DNA of 64,000 nucleotides, taken from assembly GCA_013239625.1 (NCBI GenBank), contig MU054308.1:169356-233355 (forward strand). Reading direction: 5' to 3'. Below the pieces are notes generated by a model, which worked only from the letters and a program-made list of their open reading frames with translations, searched no databases and was not told where the DNA came from. The translations under genes and the position numbers were made by a program. Shown one piece after another: positions 51,830 to 64,000 of the stretch. How positions within the stretch are numbered: the first letter of the stretch is position 1; each line of letters starts with the position of its first letter. Origin of the DNA: Lama guanicoe. Lineage: Eukaryota.

Positions 51830-52700
51830 GGTCTCTGCACAAAAACTGTGGCTCATCCCCAAATATCACACACCCATCACCCTGTACCACTCTGTGTCTG
51901 TGTCCAACTCGAGCATTAAGGCCTGTGACCGTTACTGTTAAATCGTGTCCCCCTTTCTGCCCGTCTCCCGCCATCATCCCAGTCCAACCTCGGTGTCTCT
52001 CTCCAGGTCAGCAGCACTCTTCCCACTGGCTTCCCATCAGCTTACCTTGCCCTACTTCCATTGCTTATTCCCCATATGTTACCCACAACGGTCATATTAA
52101 AGTATGAATCAGATCAAGTTGTTCCCCTTTAAAAAATACTCTCGTGATTTTTCACTTTATTCAGAAGAATATCCAGAGTCCCTACCAAGGCCCTGTGTGA
52201 TCCAGGCCCTCACTCGTCTCTGCAGCCTCAGTTCTCACCGTTCTGCTCCAGCCCATCTTCACCACCCAGATGGTCCCCACCAGGACAGCTGTGTTTGTAA
52301 CTCCAAGTCTCGTACTTACACTTCTCCTGGCCTGGGAGGCTTTTTTTGTCTGTTACTTACGTGGCTTATTCTTTTGCTTCATTCAGGACTTTGTTCAAAT
52401 ATTGTAACTCCAAGTCTCGTACTTACACTTCTCCTGGCCTGGGAGGCTTTTTTTGTCTGTTACTTACGTGGCTTATTCTTTTGCTTCATTCAGGACTTTG
52501 TTCAAATTATTTTAGCCTCAGAGAGGACTTATCTGACCACATTATTTAAAATAGCATGCACATATTTCCTATTCAAACATTTTCTCCCCTAATATGCTTT
52601 ATGTTTCTTTGTGGCAATTATTAGTACCTGGCAGTACATCATATATTTATTTGCTTACTGGTTTACTGTCTGTCTTTCTTACTAGACCTATATTCATGGA
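51830..52700 (+). mobile_element. L2 LINE relic
   Basis: Pyrimidine-rich L2 3' motifs (cattcaggactttgttcaaat, ctcagagaggacttatctgaccac). Confidence 0.6.
52295..52507. repeat. Perfect 106-bp tandem duplication
   Basis: 52295-52400 is identical to 52402-52507 by eye. Confidence 0.95.
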
Positions 52701-53039
52701 ACCACAAATAACTGTTTTAACCAGTAAATTTCAAACCGCCTTTAAATGAATTCTTTTATAAGATGAGAATTTCAGAGGCTTCCACGGGTTGCTTAGGGTT
52801 AAAAAGAAAGGATTCAGGTTGAACTACGTTACTAAGAACCTGGGATTTGGTTATTTATTTTATAAATATTAGTTAATATTTATAAATATTAATATAATAA
52901 TTAGTTAATATAGTTGTTAATCCCAAACTCCTTATCTAGAAAAAGACCGATTTGGTTACTTTTATTAAATTATTTTTTCTTTTTAATTTGGATTGTTTGA
53001 CATCTCTTTTCTTCTGTGTTCTTTTTCTTTTTAAAACAG

Positions 53040-53126
53040 AGTTTTTCTTATTTTTTTTTTTTACATTAAGGTACTGGGAATTGAATCCAGCACATACTCT
53101 ACCCCTTGAAATATACCCTCCCCTCC
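53040..53126 (-). mobile_element. Internally deleted Vic-1-like SINE
   Basis: ggtactgggaattgaatccagc...ctctaccccttgaaatataccctcccc. Confidence 0.7.
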
Positions 53127-55259
53127 TCAGACAATTATTTTTATACATTGACAATACCGTATTGAATTAAGTTTTTTTGTTCCATTTTCCCTTCAGAGTT
53201 TATAACTGAGGGAGAGAGAGTCAGAGGAATCCCTGGGCCATCCCTTCCTTCTCAGCGGGTTACTACATAGCAGAGGAGCTTGGCTGTCGCCAGGCCCAGC
53301 TCACCTTTCTGCTCTGAGGGCCAACTCAGGCCACTTCCCTAAACAGAGGCATGTTAGAAGCAGCAGAAAGCCAACTAGCGAGCAACAATGACAAATCTGA
53401 CCCACCTGCAGTTGGACATCATCTGCTCTGAAACGAACCTCTTAAAGCTCTTCTTCCTATTAGTGGATTGTTTCCAAAAATATTCCCAAGGAGATGAATC
53501 TCACTCCATTTTTATGGATTTCTTGGGCCTTCTAAGACTTTAACTGCAGGCTTGATTTTCTGCCGAACATCTGCAGGGAAGCCAGGCAGAACACGTGAAA
53601 AGACCCTGTAGGCCACAGCTGCGGCCTCCGGTCAAAGCACCCTTGTTGTGCAGAGCCTACGTTCATGGGACCACTTTCATGACTGCTATAATTAGTTCTC
53701 ATCCAAGTGTCCCACCGTAAATGTTTCTAGATGGAAGGTGGTCTGACGCAGGTGAGCAGTGGGGATGTGGAATGCAGATGGCAGACAGACTGGAAGGAGA
53801 GATGAGAAATGTTTCTTCAGGCTTCAGTTTGGAAGATTTCTGATTTTCATATGGACATTAAACTGGGTCAGGCTGAAGCGCCATTTGCTCTAAGACGGGG
53901 TGATGTACACATATCCCTACAACTTCTAAAAAATATGTTGAAGCTGGACGTGACAGCCTAGGGGACAGAAAGCTTAGAGTGACACTTATGTTCCAGGATG
54001 CCTATGATGTCGGGCTCACAAAGAGGAAAATAATACACATAATTTGCCTGTGTAGTTGTATGTGAAACTATTTTGACCCTTGCCGGATGATGTAAGATCA
54101 GAGATCATGTAGTCATTCTTACATCGCAAAGACAACAATTCTTGATGAGTCAGCAGACTGTTTCCGATGGCCCGGGGTCTGTGCCAGACATTAGCTGTCT
54201 AGACAAATACCACACAGCCCCCCATCCCTCAAGGAGATCACAGTGTGTCGTGGAAGAGACAAATTCAAATAGGTTTTCAAAACAATGTGATGAGTCACTT
54301 GGCATCATGTATACTGTATGTTCAGAGGGGCTCTTGCACTGCCTGGGGCAGGGTTCTAGAAGGTAGGGAGGGTGCCAGAGAGGAAATGCCTCCTGCACTG
54401 ACATATGAATGATTCCACGAAATCTCTAGACCAGTAGAGTGCATGGTGGGAATGGGATTCTTGGTAGTTTGTGTGTCTCGTGCAGAGGTCTGATCGTGTC
54501 TAAGAGCACTTTGCACTTAGGGAAGGAAGGTCAGTGAGGCTAGAGGCTGTGAGGAAGTAACGGAAGCTGAGGCTGAAAAAAGCAGCAACTAGGTGATGAG
54601 AAGGTGTGACGTTAAGTCAGGGAGCGTGGACTTCCTCACATACGCAGCGGGGAATTCTTTGGGGTTTTAAGGAGTAGAATGACAGATTAGTCATTAAAAG
54701 TGAGAAAAGTGGATTGGTCACTCTAAAGAAGTGAACTGGGGAGACTAGCTAGGGGTCTGGGGAGACTAGCAAGGGGTGTGGATTAATGCAGTTGGGAGCG
54801 AGGAGCAGGGACTTTGTTGGGGGACATTAAGGAATAGAATTGTAGTACTGACGGGGGTTGAGGGAGTGGGAAAATAAAGGAAAACCCCCAGATGTATGGC
54901 ACGGAAAACAGATGGGATAGTAATGCCATTGTTTGAAGAAGTAAACCTAGTTCTGAGCGAGTGTAAATCCAAACATACAGAGCTTGAGATTTTTATGGGC
55001 TAATGAAGTGGGAACGTCTACTTGTCAATTATAAGTATATTTCTGGGACTGAAATGGGATGTCCATGCTGGAAAAGATTTGACAGTTAACCAGTGGACAC
55101 AGAGCATTTGAAGCCACGGGAATAAATGCCACCTACTGACAGTTTATCAAAGAAAAGGGAAGGAGGGCACTTCAGGTTCAGAAGATATGGCAGACCAGAA
55201 ACTTGAAAACCCACTCACTGAAGACACATAAAGACTTAGGACAAAATTCTGCCAATCTT

Positions 55260-55915
55260 TTCTTTCTTTTTTTTTTTTTACAGGCATCTTTATTGTGGTA
55301 TGATTCCTGTACAGTAAATTACGCATATTTCACATGTACTATTTGATGAATTTGATAGATGTCTACATCCAGAAAACCATCACCACAATCAAGATAGCTA
55401 ACATTTCCATTACTCCTCAAGAGGGGCATTGTTGAATTCCCATATTTATCCTTTCCCATCCCCTTCTCTCCCTGGTAACCATAAGTTTTTTTCTCTATGT
55501 TTGTGGGTCTGTTTCTCTTTTGTAATTTAAGTTCATTAGTGTCGTTTTTTAGATTCCACATATAAGTGATATCATATGGCATTTTTCTCTTTTTCTGGCT
55601 CACTTTACTTAGAATGACTATCTCTACATACATCCATGTTGCTGCAAATGGCATTATTTTGTTCCTTTTAATGGCTGAGTAGTATTCCTTTGTATAAACA
55701 TACTACTACTTCTTTATCCAGTCACCTGTCTGTGGACATTTGGGTTGTTGCCTTGTCCTGGCTATTATAAATAGTGCTACTGTGAGCATCGAGGTGCATG
55801 TGACTTTTTGAATTAGAGTTTTCTCCTGACACATGCCTGGGAGTGGGAAGGCTGGATCATGAGTTTAGTCCATTTTCAGTTTTTAAAGAAACCTCCACAC
55901 TGTCTTCTCTAGTGA
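55260..55915 (-). mobile_element. Antisense L1 3' fragments (older and younger pieces abutting)
   Basis: MPFAATWMYVEIVILSKVSQ peptide (55319..55654, minus strand) and a T-rich tail at 55260. Confidence 0.8.
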
Positions 55916-56123
55916 CAATGCAGCCCGTTTTATTAAAGCAGAGCCATTCTCAGAAAGTAATGGGTATTTCTAGGGGCCAGACATGAAGTGCAGTGTGTGT
56001 GGTCTATTCAAGAATCAGAGGGCAGTCTGGCAGGGCTGGAGGAGAGTGACCAGGAGAGTGTGGTACAGGCAGCATTCAGACCACTTGGCGACCTGACAGG
56101 CTGGGATAAGGAGCCTGGACTTC

Positions 56124-56600
56124 CAGTCATCCCTTGGTAACCATGGGGCACTGGTTCCAGGACACTTCCCAAGACGTCAACATCCATGGATGCTGACACC
56201 TCTTGTATAAAATGGCATAGGACTCGCATGGAACTTATGTGCACCCTCCCATGTACGTTTTATATATATATATATATATATATACATACAAACATTTTTT
56301 ATTGCGTTATAGTCATTTTACAATGTTGCATCAAATTCCAGTGTAGAACACAATTTTTCAGTTATACAAGAATATACACATACATTCGTTGTCACATTCT
56401 CTTTCGCTGAGTCCTCCTGTGTACTTTAAATCATCTCTAGATTATTCATGGTATCTAATAAAACATGAATGCTATGTAAGTAGTCGCCAGTGTATGGCAA
56501 ATTCAAATGTTGCTTTTTGAAACTTTCTGTTCTTTCCCAAATATTTTCAATCCACAGTTAGTTGAATCTGCTGGATAGGGAGCCCCTAGATACGGAGAAC
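56124..56600. mobile_element. MER2B-like TcMar-Tigger element interrupted by a short antisense L1 3' end (~56261-56411)
   Basis: cagtcatcccttggtaaccatgggg...ggttccaggac and tactttaaatcatctctagatta...ggcaaattcaaatgttgctttttg. The insert is flanked by cctcc(ca/tg)tgtac repeats. Confidence 0.75.
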
Positions 56601-58784
56601 CCCCAAGCTTTTCCTTTCCACCTCCTAAATTTCCACTGCAAGCACTGAAGGGGTCCAAACATAGAAGAGAGCCATCTACCTGCTGGAAACGCTGAGGAAT
56701 TCCTTCAGCTTATGTAGCACAGGAGAGAAGGTATAAGGCCAACTAGTGGGAAAGGAGGGCCTACCTGGAGAGGAAGGATGAAGGACCACAGTGGAAGCCA
56801 GCTCGTACCCTTACTGGAGCTAGCTGATAGTGAGGGATGCCGAGGAACTGGAGACATGTCACGTGGGGGGCAATCCTGGCCATCAGGTGCAGGGTTCACA
56901 CAGCTGGGACCCTGTTTGCAAGATCAAAATAACAAGGGGGAAAAGGGGCAGCCTCAGCTCTGGGATCCTGATAACAGCCACAGCACCGTGACCCCAGCTA
57001 ATGCGGCTCCCCTAGTAATCCAGAAGAAGGAAACTCTGAGCCAATATTGCACATTCCACTGCAGCCACACAGATAACTAGATCTCTAAGCTGACAATGTA
57101 ACCACCAAAAACAGGAATCTTTCCTTTCCTCTTCTTTGGACCTTTGGAAAGGGAGCCACACATCTCTGATGGGAACCATCTTTAATCTGATAGAGAGCTC
57201 ACTTTTTCAGGAATAAGCATGAAGGAAAAGAGTAGGGTGATGGATTAAAGCAGAAGTCAAAGTGGAAGCCCATCTGAGAAATGGTAAAAACATGCATCTC
57301 GATGAATCCGAGATATGGCGGAAAGAAGGAGGAAGTTTAAGGAAATCTCTATCAACCAGACAAGTCTAGCCAGTCATAAAAAGACAGCACTTTAAATAAA
57401 GAAAGCTTTTCTCTTTTTTTTTTTTTTGGTGATGAAAAACAATGCCATATTTTAAAACAAGGCTTGGTCCATCAACAACACGCTGAGAGTTGTTGAGGAG
57501 AAGAACATAAAGCTGCATATAGTCATGTAAGGGTTCCAAGTCCACTGCTCAAAAAAACTTAGCCAATCATGTGTCCAGTTGATTTCAAAATCCCAATAAG
57601 TAAATAACTCAAAAGTGGGAAAGACATGGGATTAAATAGTGGTAGTGAGCAATGAAATCCAAGAAGTTTATACCTACATTTTCATTGTTAATGTAACAAA
57701 CTGAGAGCAACTGTCTAAAAAGTAGTAACTGGAGGACACAAATACACACACACAAACACACACACACACACACACACACAATCTGGAAGGGAAGAGAGGT
57801 AAAAGATGCTAAATTTATCATTATTGAGGAACCGGATCTAATAGATTATTTCATTTTTGAGACTGTTATAGGAATACTGGTCCAATTACATGTAAAGTTA
57901 TGAACTTAGAGATGATTTATAAAAATTTAGAGAGAATTTGCATTAAAAGGCAATATAACTTCCAAATCATTGACGAGAAAATTAACAATAAAAAAATTAA
58001 TCAATCCAGCTAATATGGAGTAACAGAGACCATATTTACCATCCTAAAATAAACCACAAGATGGATACAATATATGAAGCAATGATTTTTAAGACAGGTG
58101 AAAACGATCATCCACTAGGACCCTGTCCTGCCACCTCCATAGCAAGGCTGCTAGGCCTCCTACTGCCATCACCAAGAATGTCCACCAGGAGGCGGCATTT
58201 CCTTCCTCTGCTCCTACTGCAGAGCCAGTCCTGAGCAGTCCTTTCCCAGGTGTTGGCAGGCAGCTCCCAGAAGTGCTCTCATGGGCCTTGGTCCCTTTCG
58301 GCCACCAGCAAAGGGATCAAGGATGAGCAGTGAGCCTCCTTCCTCATCCAAGACCTAGGAATCTAACTGACTTCTGAGCAGCCCTTCACTCTTGTCTTCT
58401 GTCTGGTACTCTCTGCCCAGCTTCACGAGTCCCCGGCTTGGGCAGCCTGCACGCTGGCCACAGCCCATCAGAATCTGTTCCCTCACCAAGAGGCCACACG
58501 TGATCGTGATCAGGGCTCCAGGCCTCTGGAGCAGCGTGGCTTGGACTGTGTCCTGGCCCTGGGCTCGCAAGCTCCATGCCCTTGAGTCAGTCAGTTAACA
58601 TCTCTAAGCTACAGTTTCATCAGTAAAATGAAGACATAATCAATATGAAAAAAAAATCAGAATCTGGGGGGGGATAAATTTCTGGTGATTGGAGATTATT
58701 TTAATTTTGAATTATACAGTGAAGGACAACATACAATTTTTAATACTTCAGAATTCTAAAGGACAGCTTCTACTGTTAAAACTA

Positions 58785-59050
58785 ATGCATGCACGTACAC
58801 ACAAACACACGTGCAGACACACTGGCTGTGCTCCACAAACATCCCCACACACACACACACATGGACTCATGTACCACACACACACATACCATACACACAA
58901 CCACACATGTCCTTAGGCGGACACACACACGTAGCATACACACAACCACATACATCCCCAGGCGCACACGCGCACAGCCACACACACACTCACAGTCATG
59001 TACCACACAGTTCCCCAGGTGCATATGTGTGCACACACACGTCATACGCA
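58785..59050. repeat. Degenerate (CA)n-rich repeat
   Basis: Directly visible; source of spurious His/Thr- and Val/Cys-rich ORFs. Confidence 0.9.
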
Positions 59051-61429
59051 CCTTTGGCGTTACTCTAAATCAATTTACAATTGAGGGTCTCTGTGTCCAT
59101 CGTTTTATCCGCTCAGAAGATCCTGACTTTGGAGCGTTAAGCAGGAGCCCCTCCTCTCTGGAGACGGCCTTTGCCAATTTCAGTCTCAGTAGAGCCAACA
59201 TAACTGCTCTGGACCTTTGGAAGTGCAGGGCCAGAGCATACCTGGGAGCTCACATCCTATATATCTAAACATTTTAAGTGCAGTAGGTTCTAAAGTCCTG
59301 CCTTTACAAATATACATTCATTTTAAGGGGGAAGACCAGGTTCAAAATGAGAATTCCCAGACCCAGGGGAGTCCTGCAAAGAAAGTGAGCATGTGGGGAG
59401 AGCTGATTCCCAGTCTCTGATCACTAGTCTGACGCTTTTCTTCCCAATGCTGGGTCCATCCCTTGCCACAAGGGGCCTTGGATGTGCCCAGGGGGACACT
59501 CAGACTTCACATCTGGGCTCTGCCTATACCCTCCATGCAAACAGCTGCCCTTTGGCCTCTCTGTGAGTTCTGGGTATCTGAACTCCGGGGAGAGCCAGTG
59601 CAGGCACTAGAAATGGATCAGGGGCTGCTGAGGCAGGGCATTCTGGTCCCTGGGTTTCCAGAGCATGGGATGGAGACAATGACCGTGTCCCCTTGGCCCT
59701 GCTGACTCCCCCCATGGAGGGCGTGGCCAAAGGAAGTGTCAGGGCCAGGGGGACACTCTGTAGTGCAGGACCCAGGGCAGTGGGCCCCCTTGCCGGGGTC
59801 TAAGGGCAGAAGTCCTAAGGAAATGTCTGAGGAGGCTGTAAGGTATCATCATTCCCATTAATTAAAAAAACAAAAGCTTACTACAGGCGTGGGTGGGAAG
59901 GGTTTTTTTAGAACAAGGGAAGGCACTTGCCAAGGTCTGACCATAGAGGGTTGCTTGGGTTTGCCAGGTTGATGAGGAACTGAGAGGCCGTCAGCCTCCA
60001 CTGGGTCTAAACATTGCCTGAATTCCTCCAGGTGGTACTGAAATGCAGTGAGACACGGATCCCTCTCAAGTTGTTAAAATCTTCATGGTGAGCCATTCAA
60101 CTCTCTCCTTATTCTTGGCAATGAAAGCATGATGAACACAGGCGGCAAACTCATCAGCCTGTTGGTTGGTTCACTGTCCATCTGGTGCCCCCTCTTGTAG
60201 GAGCCTTTATCACATCACCCAGGGCTGATCCGGATCAGGATTACAGCTGATTTTCTGAAGGTGGCATCACTTGCTGGTGACACAAAGAAGGCATGTTAGC
60301 CACCTCCCAAACACTGAGTCTTCTCCTGGGAGGAGCCTGCAGGCCCCCAGTCCAGCCTCTGCACAATGATGCTCCTTTGTGCCACTCCCCGGCTTGCTGC
60401 CCTGGGCTCTAGCTCTGGCCAAAACCTCACTGGATTGTTGATACTTGTCACCCATGTACCACGTCTAATCTTGGGGTCCAGATGTGACCATGGTTCTTAT
60501 TTTCTTCCCATCAATGGATTGTTTGATCTTTGTGTAATCGTGTCGGCAGGAAGGCCAGTACCGCCCTCTTGAGGCCTCCCCCAGCCTCCTCTGTCTATAA
60601 TTGTCTTAGTACCCCAGGGGATCGGGTCTGAAGCCTGGCACTCAGACACGAGGATGACAGCTGGAGAGACAGGAATCCACACCTGCTGTGGCTTCTGCTG
60701 AGGCTCGATGCGGCCATAAAAACGGATCCCACATGCCCTGACTTCACTTGACTCGCTTAAGCGATGCTGCCACACTGCCCCATTTCCCCCAGAGACCGAG
60801 GGCTTTCTGCTTGTTCCCGAAGGCCCCACCCCCGAGGGGGAACTGGGTCCAGTAGAGAGTCCAGCCTGGTTCCCCGCCAGCACTTAGGGCCTTGGTGGGG
60901 CCTGGAACATCAACTACCCTCCCCTTAGGGGCCCGTTTGTCCTTTCCAGCCAACAGACCTAGGTCATAAGCACTTTAACTTACCTGAGGGTGTTTTCCTC
61001 ATTTCAGGGGCAGTGAGGATTGGGCTTCTTCACACTCCAAGTGCCCCAGATCTGGATGCAGACAGCCTGGCTCTCCCCTCAGTCCTGCAGGTCCCGGCCA
61101 CACCTGCTGCTGGTCACTGAGTCTGTGCTGTGTTCTCTTCCAGGACAAGAGGTGCACTCTGCCCCCCACCCCGCCCCACCAGCAGTGGCAGAGGTGGTGG
61201 ACTGGCAGGTGAGCTGGGGCCTGAGACTGTGACCACAAATCAGTGCCCCAGAGGCCGCTGGTGACTAGAGGGGCCACGGGGCAGAAGCCAGCATGCGAAG
61301 GGAGGAGGAGGAAGGTTCAGGATAAGGAGATGAAAGGCGGAACGGATAGCACTGTGAGGACCTCGACCATGAAAGGGAAGAGAAAAGACAGTGACAGCTG
61401 GAGTGGTGTCAGCGTTAAAGGCTGAGGGA

Positions 61430-61820
61430 GTTTTTATTTAATTTTATTAATTACCATTACATATTGTGACAGATTTCTTATTTCATTAAAGATTATGTGC
61501 CATGTCATATAACAGGATATAGTATGTTATTATTTATTAAATAATACATAATGGTAGATATACTAGCATATTATGTTCTGTTTATTAGCAGATAGTATAT
61601 AATACATATGTAGGTGTTTATATACATAATATATAACTCATGAATCTATATAATATATAACACATAACACATAATGTAAGATTATGATTAATATATTTAA
61701 TAACAAGATTACATAACAATAATGATGTAATATTACCCATTGTATGTCGTGGCTCATGACACATTCTCATCTTAGGTGCCTGTCAGAGGCATTTATGTAT
61801 TAAAATAAATATTATAAGAA
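61430..61820. repeat. AT-rich low-complexity tract
   Basis: Directly visible. Confidence 0.8.
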
Positions 61821-63639
61821 ACCTTTCTGAACGTATCACCCAGCATCAGAACAGGACTATTGACAGTGACATACTGTGTCCTCTTTCCCTATCCTGCCCT
61901 TGGCCTCTTCTCACAGGAAGTAACCAGCATCCTGAATCCTGGCTTACACTTGCCTTGTGTTACTTTCACACACACAACATTTAAGATCAGTTAAAACAAA
62001 TGAACTGCAGGTACATGCAACGAAGTGGATGCATCATACACTCTATGTTAAATTGAAAAAGTAAGCCCAAGAAGGTAGCCTATAGTGTGCTAAGCTTTTA
62101 ACTGTGTATATATATGTCAACTAAACTCACTAAATTAAGAACAACTACAGCTAGAGTCCAGGTGGGAGAGGGACAGATAAAAGGTGAGGTGAGCAGATTT
62201 GCTGCAGGTGAGCGAGTTCCTTTCCAGTAACATGTCATTCTCTCTGAAGCAGGAGGCAAGGCCATCTGCTGGGAGTCAGGGAAGAGACAGAGGGCAGCTA
62301 AGAGGTGTGCAGAGAGCAGAGAATGTTTACACCACTGAGTGATAAGTGGGGAAATGTGTTCACTAGAGAAATCCTGGAGGATTGTCTGGCAGTGGCAACA
62401 TGGTGGGCATTGATTTGTAGTCTTAGAAATCTGTGCTGGGAGAGCCTGCTGCCTGCAGGCTCAGAACAAATAGAGCTGGGTGAGCCGAGATGGAAGTCGT
62501 CCTGGTGAGGAACTAAAAAGATCAAGGGTCAAGGGAGATTTGTTTGTCATAAAGAGAGTGCTGACTGTGGATGCAGAGCTGGAAGATGGGGAAGTGGTAG
62601 TAAGAGGAACGTGGACAGGCAGGAAAGCAGAGGAGTCAGCACTTGATGCCCCAGTGAGGGTGAAGGAGGGCCAGGGAGACTGATGGAGAAGCAGCTGGAC
62701 GGCTAGAGGTAGGCACTTAAAGGAGAGAGGCTGGAGCTGTGGTGGAGACACGCCCGGGTATGAGCCCGGGGGTAAGGTGAATGGGGGGTGACTGGCTCAG
62801 GCTGACGGAGAAGACCCTAAAATGACCATACTGGGTGGTGGAGGGAGAATCAAGTTTGACGTCTTGATGGTAAGAGGTGAGGCAATACACAGCTGGTGGT
62901 CCAGGTGATCCTGACTGAGGCAGATGAGCAGGGAGGCCAGGGTGGCAGGCAGTGCTAGGAAAGGATCTGGGTTTTCCAGGTGCTCCCAAGAGAGGAGGAG
63001 CAATGATCTGAAGGTGGAAAGTGAGCACAAGGAGGTCAACCCAGGCTCCTGATCAAACGGGGGTGTGTGAGGGGGCAAAGCGTCAACTCCAGAAATGGTT
63101 TCCCAGGAAGCAGGGACCACGGGTGAAGTGAGGGGACACTCAGAGAAGAGAGGGAGAAGATTCTTCAGGGTGTAGGGGGAAGAGAGGCCCCAGAACAATG
63201 AAGCACAGAGGCACAGTGATGAGGATTGACTAGCTGTATGATGACACTGCAGAGATGGATGGATCTTTCTCCTGAGAGCTTAGGTTGGGGGGGCTACTGG
63301 CCTCATGAGGACTCCCCTCTCAGCAGCCTGGACAGACGCTACCGCTTCTGAGAGCTGTGTGGCTACCACTGTTCCCGGAGGGGCTCTGCCTCCATCTTCT
63401 CCTATCAGACATTCCTGCCCAGCCCCCAACCGCCAGTGAGGGAGCCTGGGCCTCTCAGCTGCTTCCCGTGGAGGGACACAGGCTCCTCGGAGAAGCAGGC
63501 TGATCTTTCTTTGCTCCATAACCCAGGGCCTAGCAAAGCGCCAGCCCATGCGTGGGCCATGCATGGGCTCGGATACTTACTAAACTCAAAGCTGTGGAAT
63601 ATCAGAGCTGGAGGAGGTGATGACTGAGCTCACAGAGTT

Positions 63640-63975
63640 CACTGCCCACACCCCCATTCTACAGATGAGGAAAGAGACCAAGCAGTGAAGCAGCCTTGGC
63701 CAAGGTCACACTGCTCTTAAATGCTGGCCTGTGTCAGGCATGCCAAGTGATGAGCTGCAGTGAAGGGGCTGAGAGGGGGCTCTGGGGCCAGACAGCTTGG
63801 GTTCAAGTCCCAGCTCTGCCATTTACTAGCCATGTGGTTAGTGAATGTCCTTACCTGTAAAGTGGAACTCATACTGGTGCCAACTCATTCTGTTGTCGTG
63901 AACACAGCGTTCCTGGAACAGCAGGACAGAGCTCTGTAAGGGTTTGCTGTTGCTTTGGTTGCTATTATTATCACC
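63640..63975. mobile_element. MIR relics
   Basis: cccattctacagatgaggaaa...ccaaggtcacac and gggttcaagtcccagctctgccatttactagc. Confidence 0.75.
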
Positions 63976-64000
63976 GAGTGAACCCTGAAATGAAGAACAA

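Noticed and set aside
52295..52507. Repeat as a CRISPR-like array
   Set aside because: Eukaryotic DNA; two adjacent copies with no spacers or cas genes.
60030..61010. Isolated splice-like signals (ctccag|gtgg...atg|gtgagc on plus; cag|gtaagt near 60984 on minus)
   Set aside because: No consistent exon chain or recognisable translation.

Overview
Mammalian genomic DNA, most likely camelid, judging by several tRNA-Ala-derived SINEs resembling Vic-1. The window is repeat-rich and looks like a segmental-duplication mosaic in three parts. (1) 1-~41.7 kb holds an unprocessed, intron-containing pseudogene copy of ANO6/TMEM16F on the minus strand. Exons equivalent to 4, 5, 6, 7, 8 and 11 are recognisable and carry frameshifts, nonsense codons and a dead splice donor; exons 1-3, 9 and 10 were not found. 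A ~12 kb nested L1 stack lies inside it. (2) ~41.7-50 kb starts at a 3'-truncated L1. It contains a CpG-rich promoter-like region pointing toward the ANO6 remnant, an inverted LTR pair, and a compact 4-exon plus-strand gene. The first exons of that gene resemble the N-terminus of lineage-expanded RalGDS-like (RGL4-like) proteins, but it has no GEF domain and ends in a Pro-rich segment with a hydrophobic tail that is 1 nt out of frame. It is flanked by ~1 kb diverged direct duplicates. (3) 50-64 kb is intergenic repeat sequence with no gene I can support. All homology calls come from recall of family sequences, not database searches.
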